Source: Candidatus Aenigmatarchaeota archaeon
GTDB lineage: Archaea; Aenigmatarchaeota; Aenigmatarchaeia; QMZP01; QMZT01
Assembly (NCBI GenBank): GCA_011772645.1
Contig: WVZE01000036.1
Span: forward strand, 1-46,725
DNA: 46,725 nucleotides
Reading direction: 5' to 3'
A program made the position numbers and the translations under genes. The notes under the pieces were generated by a model. That model did not search any database and was not told where the DNA came from. It saw only the letters and a list, made by a program, of their open reading frames with translations. Below are positions 1-8,478 of this stretch, one piece after another (positions within the stretch are counted from its first letter, which is position 1; every line of letters begins with the position of its first letter).

Positions 1-436
1 CTTTGAACACCGTGTACTGGCTGAGCTCTCTTCCGAAACCGAAAGGGCCGATCGCCTGCAATTTATCCGCATCGAATACGACTTTCGCCTCTATCGTTCT
101 CGCCTTGTGTACACTTGCAGCATCATGGCATTCGATCGCGTGACAGACTTTCTCTATGAAGTCGCCTTTAAAACCTAGTCTCCCCAGGAACGGCTTCGCC
201 ATGTTCGCTCCTATATCTCCGTGCACTTCCTCGTTCTTTGCCTTCCCTATGTCGTGCAGCCAGGCAGCGACCTCGCAAACATCCCTGTCTGCTCCTTCTC
301 CCTCTGCGAGCAATTTCGCTAGTTTAACAGTTCTCTCTATGTGTTCAAAATCGTGGTTGTAATCCAAACCCTCGCTATTCTTCCTGGCAAACTCCTTTAT
401 TTCGTTGAGCTGTGATCTTGAAATCATATTCATCAT
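1..436 (-). CDS. HD-domain metal-dependent phosphohydrolase (C-terminus runs off the window start)
   Basis: Hand translation of the minus strand from ATG at 436-434 gives MMNMISRSQLNEIKEF...EHIERTV...AAWLHDIGK...FDADKL, the H..HD..D pattern of the HD superfamily. Absent from the ORF track because it is open at the window edge. Confidence 0.7.
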   Translation of the reverse strand, partial: MMNMISRSQLNEIKEFARKNSEGLDYNHDFEHIERTVKLAKLLAEGEGADRDVCEVAAWLHDIGKAKNEEVHGDIGANMAKPFLGRLGFKGDFIEKVCHAIECHDAASVHKARTIEAKVVFDADKLQAIGPFGFGRELSQYTVFK

Positions 437-461
437 GATTAATTTGTTTCTGCTATTAAAA

Positions 462-1733
462 TTATTCCTCCCCGTAATCCTTCTTGGTCGCGTACGCTGT
501 CTCGGAGGCGTATTCGTTCTTGACAGAATATTCGTCTTCTGAAAATTTGCTTCCGAGGTCAAAAACGTATTTCTCCTCTTGCTCTTCCTCCTCTCCCGTT
601 TTCTTGACGACCATTTCAAATACTTTGTATGGGGGGTCGACTTTGCAGATTGTTTTATCACTGGTGGCGAACCTCCAGATTTCCTTTCCTTTAAGATCTA
701 TGCAATAAAAATGGCAGTCCCAAGAGCCGAAATAAAGTTTGTTTTCGTATCCTGTTGGAGGATTCCAGGTAGGGCCACCGGTTTTAAAATTCCAGATATT
801 CTTCCCGTTTTCCATTTTCAGGCAATAAATGTTGCCGTCCTCCGAGCCGAAATAAATCCTCCCTTTTTGGATGAGAACACCCAAACCTACGGGTCCTCCT
901 GTTCTAAAACGCCATATCTCTTTTCCTTCCAGAGATAAAGAGTAAAGTACGCCGTCCCTGGATGCGTGAAAGACATGTTTCCCATGGACAACGGGCGCGA
1001 AACAGTTTCCGTATTTTCCTGTGCCAAATCTCCAAGTTTCCTGGCCCGTTTCAGCGTTCAGCGAATAAACCTTGTTGTCCATTGAAGCAAAATATATCCT
1101 TCCATTGTAAACCTTGCTGGGCATTTCGCATTGTATTTCATCCCCTGCTTTGAATTTCCAAATTTCCTTACCGGTTTCCCAATCTAAGCAGTAAGCGTTT
1201 CCGTCTAACGAAGCGAAATATATCTTGCCGTTGTTCTCGCTAGGCGAATAATATATCCCCTTACCTGTCCTGAATCTCCATATATCCTTACCCGTGGAAG
1301 CATCAACGCAATAAAGGTTTCCATCAAGTGAAACGAAATAAACCCTATCGTTATAATACAGTGCTTTGACTGTAATCCCCTTTCCTGCTTTGAATTTCCA
1401 AATCCTTTTTCCGGTTTTTGCGTTAAGAGCGTACATGGAACCGTTTAGGTTTCCCGCGTAAACTGTGTCACCATGAACCTCTGGTGAATTCCCAGCCATG
1501 ATGCCATCCGTCTTGAATCTCCAAACAACTTCGCCGTTTTTGCAGTTCAGGGCATAAATGTAAGTGTCTGCTGACTGAAAGTATACAATCCCGTCTTTCA
1601 CTTCGGCTACCGAAAGTATGCTTCCGCCCGATCCTACACTCAGAAGTCTGTTTATGCAACTTCCCGTTTTTTTAACTTCAAAATCCTCGAGTTCCAGATC
1701 GAAACCAGAGAATCCAGATTCTCCCAAATCCAT
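462..1733 (-). CDS. PQQ-like/WD40-like beta-propeller repeat protein (8 blades) with acidic C-terminal tail
   Basis: Eight copies of a ~40-aa repeat ending in the pattern Y(A/C/S)L(N/D)xxTGKxIW(K/R)F(K/R)T. No obvious signal peptide or TM segment. Confidence 0.7.
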   Translation of the reverse strand: MDLGESGFSGFDLELEDFEVKKTGSCINRLLSVGSGGSILSVAEVKDGIVYFQSADTYIYALNCKNGEVVWRFKTDGIMAGNSPEVHGDTVYAGNLNGSMYALNAKTGKRIWKFKAGKGITVKALYYNDRVYFVSLDGNLYCVDASTGKDIWRFRTGKGIYYSPSENNGKIYFASLDGNAYCLDWETGKEIWKFKAGDEIQCEMPSKVYNGRIYFASMDNKVYSLNAETGQETWRFGTGKYGNCFAPVVHGKHVFHASRDGVLYSLSLEGKEIWRFRTGGPVGLGVLIQKGRIYFGSEDGNIYCLKMENGKNIWNFKTGGPTWNPPTGYENKLYFGSWDCHFYCIDLKGKEIWRFATSDKTICKVDPPYKVFEMVVKKTGEEEEQEEKYVFDLGSKFSEDEYSVKNEYASETAYATKKDYGEE

Positions 1734-1787
1734 ATTAATTAAACAATAAAAAACAATATATAATATAGATAATCTGAGGGTATTGGT

Positions 1788-4037
1788 ATGGCTGTTTGTG
1801 ATTACACGTATGATGAGGAGGCAAGGAGACTGAGAATCGATTGCATGGGGTGCGTATACGGGGCCTCGATCGAGGATTACGACATCTGCATGGCGATGGT
1901 TATTGACAAGCTCCTCACCCTGAAAAACGTGAATTCGATCGTGCTTGCGAAGGAGAGGGAGTACGAATATTCAGGGGAGCAGGTAAAGGTCCTGATGGAG
2001 ATAGCGAAGATAATAGAGGACGTGATCAGGGAGAAGCTCATCTCCTATTCTAAACTGAGGCCCGATATTTGCGGCAAGTGTTATCCTGATTTCAGCCAGA
2101 GATTGCAGTATATAACGATCAACCTCCTCCGAAGGGATCCGATAGGGGCGTACGTGGAACTCACAAGGGAGGGGAGAAATCTCAAAATAAAAATGCAGAG
2201 GAGAACGAAGTGTTATTCCTGTTACAAACACTACCTGGAGAACATCATTTCCCCTCTTAAGAAAAGGTTTGAGGCAACGGAAATAGTAAAATTCGCAAAG
2301 CCTCACCTTTCGGGCTATCACATCGGGACGAGAGAAATTTACAGGCAGCTTTTCAGCCCGAGCGTCCGTCCGAACTTCATGTTAACCAGGTATATGATCA
2401 CTCCCCCGGAGAAGGGGAAGGTGGTGGACAGATATAAGGTTAATGACATACAGGTGGAGATATACAAGCTTCCCCACAAGGCAAGCTATTTCTATCACAT
2501 CGCTCCCCCGGAGTTCGACCTGTCCGAGGAGAAATACGCAGTCCTCGATGCCGCGAGGAGATACATGGCGACTCATCGTCCGAGGACAGCGGAGTTCGTG
2601 AGATCGGAGAAGGTGAGAGACGTCTTTTACAACATAGGTAGGGACATGATAAGGGAGGTGGCGGACAAGCTGGGAGTTTACATGCCCTCCAAAGACCTCG
2701 AACAGCTGGCGAACATCCTCACCAGGTATACCGCAGGGCTGGGGATCCTGGAGATACTCTTGGCGGATGAAAAGATCCAGGATGTCTACATCAACTCGCC
2801 CATAGAGAGCCAGCCCGTCCTTGTTTTCCACCAGGATTTTGAGGAGTGCAGGACAAACCTGATCCCCACGAGGGAGGACGCGGAATCCTGGGCCACCCGT
2901 CTGAGAATACATTCAGGGAGGCCCCTGGATGAGGCGAATCCCGTCCTTGACACCGATGTCGGGGTTCCGGGAGGGAAGGCGAGGTTCGCAGTGATAACCA
3001 GGGGATTGTCCCCGCACGGTTTCGGGTTCGCGATAAGGAGGCACAGGGACAGTCCGTGGACTCTTCCCCTTTTCATCAAGGTCAAGATGATGGACCCGCT
3101 GGCAGCCGGTCTACTCTCCTTCCTGATAGACGGGAGCGTGAGCATACTCGTGGCGGGAGGAAGGGGATCAGGAAAAACGAGCGTTCTCGGTTCCCTCATG
3201 CTGGAGATACTCCCGAAAACGAGGATCGTAACGATCGAGGACACCCTGGAACTTCCGGTGGATCAGCTGAGGGATCTGAATTACAACGTTGAATCCCTGA
3301 AATCGAGATCCGTTATAACGCGGATAGAATCGGAGATGCCGGCGGATGAGGCGCTGAGAACAGCGTTAAGGCTAGGGGATTCCGCCCTGATCTTGGGGGA
3401 GGTGAGATCTGTCGAGGCAAAGGCTCTGTACGAGGCGATGAGGATAGGGGCGCTATCGAACGTGGTGGCGGGAACGATACACGGGGAGTCCGCGTACGGG
3501 GTGTACGACAGGGTTGTAAACGACCTGGGCGTGCCCCCGACGAGTTTCAAGGCAACCGATATCATACCTATATGCAAATCCCTTCGCTCCGCGGACGGTC
3601 TACACCGGTTCAGGAGGCTGACAGAGATAACCGAGGTCCGGAAACACTGGGAAACCAATCCCACGAAGGAGGGGGGTTTCATCAATCTTATGGAGTATTC
3701 CGGAAAGGAGGACAGGATGAAGCCCACGGACACGCTGGTGAACGCGGAGTCCGAGGTGATCAACAGGATAGCCTCCTATGTCAAGGAGTGGTCCGGGAAC
3801 TGGGACGCGGTATGGGAGAACATAAAGCTCCGGGCTAAGATAAAGGAAACGCTAGTTAAGCTTTCTGATCAGCTGAAAATGCCTGAACTCCTGGAGTCTG
3901 GATGGGTGACGAGATCGAATTCTGAATACCACCTGATCACCGAGAGGATGAGAAGCGAGACAGGGGCGGCAGAATCCGGCAAGGTTTACAGGGAATGGGA
4001 GACCTGGCTAAAGAACAGGATCAAAAAAGCCAAGTAA
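1788..4037 (+). CDS. Type II/IV secretion-family ATPase (archaeal type IV pilus / FlaI-ArlI-like assembly ATPase) with long N-terminal region
   Basis: Walker A LVAGGRGSGKTS, then IVTIEDTLEL and ILGEVRSVEA...GTIHGES blocks typical of the GspE/VirB11/FlaI family. Followed directly by a polytopic platform-like gene. Confidence 0.8.
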   Translation: MAVCDYTYDEEARRLRIDCMGCVYGASIEDYDICMAMVIDKLLTLKNVNSIVLAKEREYEYSGEQVKVLMEIAKIIEDVIREKLISYSKLRPDICGKCYPDFSQRLQYITINLLRRDPIGAYVELTREGRNLKIKMQRRTKCYSCYKHYLENIISPLKKRFEATEIVKFAKPHLSGYHIGTREIYRQLFSPSVRPNFMLTRYMITPPEKGKVVDRYKVNDIQVEIYKLPHKASYFYHIAPPEFDLSEEKYAVLDAARRYMATHRPRTAEFVRSEKVRDVFYNIGRDMIREVADKLGVYMPSKDLEQLANILTRYTAGLGILEILLADEKIQDVYINSPIESQPVLVFHQDFEECRTNLIPTREDAESWATRLRIHSGRPLDEANPVLDTDVGVPGGKARFAVITRGLSPHGFGFAIRRHRDSPWTLPLFIKVKMMDPLAAGLLSFLIDGSVSILVAGGRGSGKTSVLGSLMLEILPKTRIVTIEDTLELPVDQLRDLNYNVESLKSRSVITRIESEMPADEALRTALRLGDSALILGEVRSVEAKALYEAMRIGALSNVVAGTIHGESAYGVYDRVVNDLGVPPTSFKATDIIPICKSLRSADGLHRFRRLTEITEVRKHWETNPTKEGGFINLMEYSGKEDRMKPTDTLVNAESEVINRIASYVKEWSGNWDAVWENIKLRAKIKETLVKLSDQLKMPELLESGWVTRSNSEYHLITERMRSETGAAESGKVYREWETWLKNRIKKAK

Positions 4038-4075
4038 TTGAATCCTTTTTATCGGGGAAAGAACAATTAATAAAC

Positions 4076-6175
4076 ATGGTGAGTTTTTTCAGAAAAAAGA
4101 AGGAGAAAGAGGAGAAACCTGATGATTTTATAAAAAGTTACGGAAAACTCCGGATGCCACCGAGCGAGACCAGGCCGAGCATAGTCTCCAGGGAATACAA
4201 GATTTTCAAGAAAAGGGAAGAAAAACGCCTGGGCTGGTTCGAATTTCTGGCGAAAATTTCCGGGAAAATACTGCAGGCGAACCCTGACGAGAACACAAAG
4301 AGGGAGATGGAGAACGCGATATCCTTCACCGGTCTGAGGGTCACGCCCCAGGATGTTATGGCGCTGGTTATACTTGACATAATATTTTTTGTGGGCCTTT
4401 CCGTGATCCTTCTGTTTTCCGGTTCTGTTCCTCTCGTTGTTTCCCTCTTTCTGGCTGCCTTCGGGATAGGTCTCTCTTACTACTTCCTCAGGTATCCCCT
4501 GAATCTTCTGAAATCCTACAGGATAAAGGCTTCCTCCCAGGTTGTCCTTGCCGTGCTCTACATGGTTGTTTCGATGAGGATTTCCCCGAACCTGGAGCAG
4601 GCGTTGAGATTCGCTTCCGCGAACGTTTCGGGCCCGCTAGCCTGGGACATGAGAAGACTCATATGGGACATCGAGATGAGGAAGTATTATTCCGCTTCCC
4701 ACGCCCTCACCGATTACATCGCGAAGTGGAAATCGGAGAACGAGGAATTCGCAGAGGCCCTCAGGCTCATAAGGGATTCGCAGACACACCCAGGAAGGCG
4801 TTCTGAGGCGATCCTGAACGAGGCCCTTGACGTGATACTTGAGGGGACGAAGACCAGGATGAAACATTACGCGCAGGAACTCAGCATGCCCGTTACGATT
4901 ATCCACATGATGGGGATAATCCTTCCGGTTATAGGGTCCATAATGGCTCCGTTGGCGGCGGTGTTCCTGGCGGAGATGGTAAGGATGGAGTACTTCATCA
5001 TAGGATACGATGTTGTTCTGCCGGTGTTCCTGATATGGTTCATAAATTCCATCCTGAAGAGGAGGCCCACCACCTTCTCCCAGGTGGACACTTCCAGACA
5101 TCCCGATCTACCCCCTAAGGGGAATCTACTTATCAGGAGGGGGAAAACAAGGGTGATGATTCCCGTGCTGCCGATATCTATAGCGATAGGCTTGCTTTTC
5201 ATAATGCCGTCCGTTTATTTTTTCGCTGAAAACCCCGAGATAATATTCCCTCCGGAAGGCAGCTCACCGCAGCAGACCCCCGTCTCCCTTGCGATGTCAT
5301 GTTTCCTAACGCTCGGTATAGGTTTTTCCCTCGCGAGTTACATGCTGCTCACGAACTTCCAGAGAATAAGGATCCAGAGCGATGTTCTCAAAACGGAAAG
5401 CGAGTTCGAGCTCGCTCTGTTCCAGCTCGGGAACAGGATATCGGGCGGAACTCCCTCAGAGCTCGCCCTTGAGAAATCAATAGAGGACGTCAAGGACCTG
5501 AGCATCGCCGGCCTGTTCATCCTGACCCTGAGGAACATAAAGAACCTCGGAATGACCTTCAGGGAAGCCCTTTTCCATCCCAAATGGGGATCTGTCGCAT
5601 ACTATCCCAGCAGGCTGATAAAGAACATAATGTACATGATTGTTGACATCTCAAGGAAGGGGTTCAAGTACGCCGCGGAGGGGATGCTAACCGTTTCCAA
5701 ATACCTCCGCAACATCCGCGAAACGCAGGAGTACATCCGGGACCTCCTGCAGGAATCCGTTTCCTCCATGACCTTCCAGGCTTACATGCTCACACCCCTG
5801 GTTACGGGCCTGATCGTTTCCATGGCGCAGATAATAATAAAGGTCCTTACCATCCTGACCAGGCAGCTGGGGGAGCTGAGCACCGGAACGAACCTGCCCC
5901 TGGACATAACAGGAAGTTTTTTCGGGGAGACCCAAAGCGCGGTTTCTCCCGAGATCTTTCAGCTAATAATAGGAATTTATCTCATCGAGGTCATCTTCAT
6001 ACTGGGGATGTTCCTTACCAAGATAACCCAGGGTGAGAACAGAACGGCCCAGTGGTACATGACCGGTAAGATGCTGATCGTTGCCCTGTCCGTGTACTTC
6101 CTCGTGGCGATCGGGACGAGCCTCATGTTCGGCGAGATGATAACCGAGGCTGTGAGGTCAATAGGGATAACATAG
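4076..6175 (+). CDS. FlaJ/TadC-like polytopic membrane platform protein of a type IV pilus-like system
   Basis: Large multi-TM protein with two cytoplasmic soluble blocks, immediately downstream of the secretion ATPase. This pairing is the canonical ATPase plus platform core. Start is uncertain: the track ORF opens at 3995 but would overlap the ATPase by 43 nt, so ATG 4076 (MVSFFRKKK) is preferred. Confidence 0.6.
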   Translation: MVSFFRKKKEKEEKPDDFIKSYGKLRMPPSETRPSIVSREYKIFKKREEKRLGWFEFLAKISGKILQANPDENTKREMENAISFTGLRVTPQDVMALVILDIIFFVGLSVILLFSGSVPLVVSLFLAAFGIGLSYYFLRYPLNLLKSYRIKASSQVVLAVLYMVVSMRISPNLEQALRFASANVSGPLAWDMRRLIWDIEMRKYYSASHALTDYIAKWKSENEEFAEALRLIRDSQTHPGRRSEAILNEALDVILEGTKTRMKHYAQELSMPVTIIHMMGIILPVIGSIMAPLAAVFLAEMVRMEYFIIGYDVVLPVFLIWFINSILKRRPTTFSQVDTSRHPDLPPKGNLLIRRGKTRVMIPVLPISIAIGLLFIMPSVYFFAENPEIIFPPEGSSPQQTPVSLAMSCFLTLGIGFSLASYMLLTNFQRIRIQSDVLKTESEFELALFQLGNRISGGTPSELALEKSIEDVKDLSIAGLFILTLRNIKNLGMTFREALFHPKWGSVAYYPSRLIKNIMYMIVDISRKGFKYAAEGMLTVSKYLRNIRETQEYIRDLLQESVSSMTFQAYMLTPLVTGLIVSMAQIIIKVLTILTRQLGELSTGTNLPLDITGSFFGETQSAVSPEIFQLIIGIYLIEVIFILGMFLTKITQGENRTAQWYMTGKMLIVALSVYFLVAIGTSLMFGEMITEAVRSIGIT

Positions 6176-6220
6176 GGATAAAATTAATATATAAAAACTG
6201 GGCTATCTTTTTAATATAAC

Positions 6221-6332
6221 GGCCGCGGTAGTGTAGTGGTTAGCACAGTAGCCTGTGGAGCTGCTAGCCCGAGTTCAAATGGCCACCTTCGAAAAGTCAA
6301 CGGAAAACGGTCTGAAACTCTCGGCCGCGGCC
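6221..6332 (+). tRNA. tRNA-His (anticodon GTG at 6255-6257) with encoded G-1 and a putative ~39-nt intron in the T-arm (about 6281-6319)
   Basis: Hand fold: G-1 plus GCCGCGG / CCGCGGC plus C73 acceptor; D-stem GTGT/GCAC; anticodon stem GTAGC/GCTGC with loop CTGTGGA; T-stem CCGAG (6269-6273) and loop TTCAAAT. The complementary CTCGG lies only at 6320-6324, after a 39-nt insertion. Confidence 0.6.
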
Positions 6333-6334
6333 CT

Positions 6335-7819
6335 TTATTTCTCCCCGGGCCTCATGAACGGAAAAAGAAGAACGTCGCGGATAGAGGGGGAATCCGTGAG
6401 TATCATTACGAGACGATCGACTCCTAATCCTATGCCCGAGGTGGGGGGCATTCCATACTCCAGAGCGCGGATGAAATCCATATCCATCCTCTGCGCTTCC
6501 TTGTCCCCTCGCTTGAGGTCCTTCTCTGCCTTCTCCCAGTACTTTCGCAATTCTTCAGGGTCGTTTCCCTCTGAATAGGAATTCACGATCTCCCAGGTGT
6601 TGATGAAGGTTTCGAAACGCTCTGCCAGCCTGGGATCATCCTTATTTCTTTTGGCGAGTCCGGAAACGTCCGCGGGGAAGTCGTAGATGTGGATGGGCTG
6701 GATCAGGTGTTCCTCCACCTTCTCCTCGAATATCTGCATCACTATCTCCCCCCAGCTCATTGATTTCTCAGCTTCCACGCCAAGCTGTTTGGCGATTTTG
6801 TATGCCTTTTCCCTGTCGGTTTTCGTGAGGTCTTTTTTCGTATACCTCTTTATCGCGGCGAGCATGCTCATTCTCTTCCACGGAGTCCTGAATTCCAGAA
6901 CCTTCCCCTGGTAGACAACCTTGGTTTTCCCGTGAACCTTTCTGACAACGTGCTCGATCATTTTTTCCGTGACCTCCATGCTCTCCCTGTAATCAGCGTA
7001 AGCGCACATCGTCTCCATTAAAAGGAACTCCGGATTGTGGAGCCTGTCGATTCCCTCGTTCCGGAAGTCCGTGGAGAATTCGAAAACCCTCTCGTATCCG
7101 CCCACTATCAGGCGCTTCAGATACATCTCGTTCGCTATCCTCATGTAGACCCTCATGTCCAGGGCATGGAGTTTCGATTCGAAAGGTCTCGCTGACGCTC
7201 CTCCGTATACCGGCTGGAGGATGGGGGTTTCGACCTCAACGAAGTTTCTTTCCTTCAGGAACCCGCGAATCGCTTCGATTGTCTTCGCGCGTTTATCGAA
7301 AGTCTGCCTTACCTCCGGGTTCATAATGAGGTCTACGTATCTTTGGCGGTAGCGGAGTTCCTTGTCCTTCAGGCCGAACCACTCCTTGGGGAGGGGCTGG
7401 ATGGATTTCGTCAGGAGTTCGAAATCCTTTACCCATACACTTAACTCGCCCCGTTTCGTTTTGAAAACAAAGCCCTTCGCTCCTATTATGTCTCCCGTGT
7501 TGAGCATGTTCTCGAAGAATCCGAACTTCCTGCTTCCGATTGTTTTCATCTCGAGGAAGAGCTGCAACCTCCCGGAGGAATCCTGGAGGTCCGAGAAGAT
7601 CACGCCCCCGTGCTTCCTTATCGAGCGTATCCGACCGGCTACGGAGACCCTGAAATTCCTTCTCCTTTCCTCTTTCTTGATCTTTCCTGACTTCTCTGCT
7701 ATCTCCCCTATCAGGTGGGTTTTTTCGAACTTCCTCTTGTAGGGATCTTCCCCTGCCTTCAGGAGTTCAGAGAGTTTCGCTTTCCTCTCTTCGATTTCCG
7801 AATGCGCCTTCCCTTTCAT
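6335..7819 (-). CDS. lysS: Lysyl-tRNA synthetase, class II
   Basis: N-terminal OB-fold-like region. Class II core has FRNEGIDRLHNPEF (motif 2 region) and GIGLGVDRLVMILT (motif 3 region). Start ATG at 7819 makes an ATGA overlap with the stop of the upstream PLD-like gene; the track alternative is 7831. Confidence 0.9.
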   Translation of the reverse strand: MKGKAHSEIEERKAKLSELLKAGEDPYKRKFEKTHLIGEIAEKSGKIKKEERRRNFRVSVAGRIRSIRKHGGVIFSDLQDSSGRLQLFLEMKTIGSRKFGFFENMLNTGDIIGAKGFVFKTKRGELSVWVKDFELLTKSIQPLPKEWFGLKDKELRYRQRYVDLIMNPEVRQTFDKRAKTIEAIRGFLKERNFVEVETPILQPVYGGASARPFESKLHALDMRVYMRIANEMYLKRLIVGGYERVFEFSTDFRNEGIDRLHNPEFLLMETMCAYADYRESMEVTEKMIEHVVRKVHGKTKVVYQGKVLEFRTPWKRMSMLAAIKRYTKKDLTKTDREKAYKIAKQLGVEAEKSMSWGEIVMQIFEEKVEEHLIQPIHIYDFPADVSGLAKRNKDDPRLAERFETFINTWEIVNSYSEGNDPEELRKYWEKAEKDLKRGDKEAQRMDMDFIRALEYGMPPTSGIGLGVDRLVMILTDSPSIRDVLLFPFMRPGEK

Positions 7820-8376
7820 GATTCCATCCATATCCTTTCAAAGTAACCCTCGAACTGCCTCGCAAACGAGGAGGAGTGAATCACCACGTTCGCTTCGTGG
7901 TTCTTCTCGATTGAATGGTAGCTCCAGTTCGTGGAGCCCAATATAACTATTTTGGAATCGATTATTATAAGTTTCGAGTGTGTCGTAACCTCCCCGGAAT
8001 CGAACTTTATGTCAATCCCGCTCTCCTTCAGAATCCGAACGACTGGCTTTTCGGTCAGATACTCATCCGTTATTATCCTGACTTCGACCCCCCTGGCAGC
8101 GGCGTTCTCGAGATCGGAGAGTAGGGAGTTCACAAGGCTTTCTGGGTAATCAGGGTAGTATTTTATGTCGAACATCACCATGTGGATCGAACTTCTCGCT
8201 TCGGACAGGAGGGAATGAATCCCCTCGAAGTAGTCCCTGTCAGCGAGAAGCAGGACCTGGTTTTCACCGATATCAACAGGCCGGTTCGAAAGGGAGTAGG
8301 TGATGAACATTCCGAAAAATAATCCTATGATGAACATCAAAACGATAACAGGGAATCTTTTCCTGGCCCTCAGCAT
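7816..8376 (-). CDS. Phospholipase D-like (single HKD motif) protein with N-terminal TM anchor
   Basis: HSKLIIIDSKIVILGSTNWS matches HxK(x4)D(x6)GSxN. An N-terminal hydrophobic helix (VIVLMFIIGLFFGMFITY) is present. Confidence 0.75.
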   Translation of the reverse strand: MLRARKRFPVIVLMFIIGLFFGMFITYSLSNRPVDIGENQVLLLADRDYFEGIHSLLSEARSSIHMVMFDIKYYPDYPESLVNSLLSDLENAAARGVEVRIITDEYLTEKPVVRILKESGIDIKFDSGEVTTHSKLIIIDSKIVILGSTNWSYHSIEKNHEANVVIHSSSFARQFEGYFERIWMES

Positions 8377-8478
8377 AAAAATAATTTAAATCGGGTTATT
8401 AAAATAATTACGAACCCCACATAAAGAATAAAAGAGAGGAAAGAGAATTAATTAATATAAGTCAATAATGAGGGTTGC

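Noticed and set aside
156-362. 68-aa plus-strand ORF at the window start
   Set aside because: It is antisense to the HD-domain gene, which has a clear HD signature.
3995-4075. Upstream extension of the platform gene
   Set aside because: It would overlap the ATPase gene by 43 nt. The internal ATG 4076 is more economical, though this is not proven.
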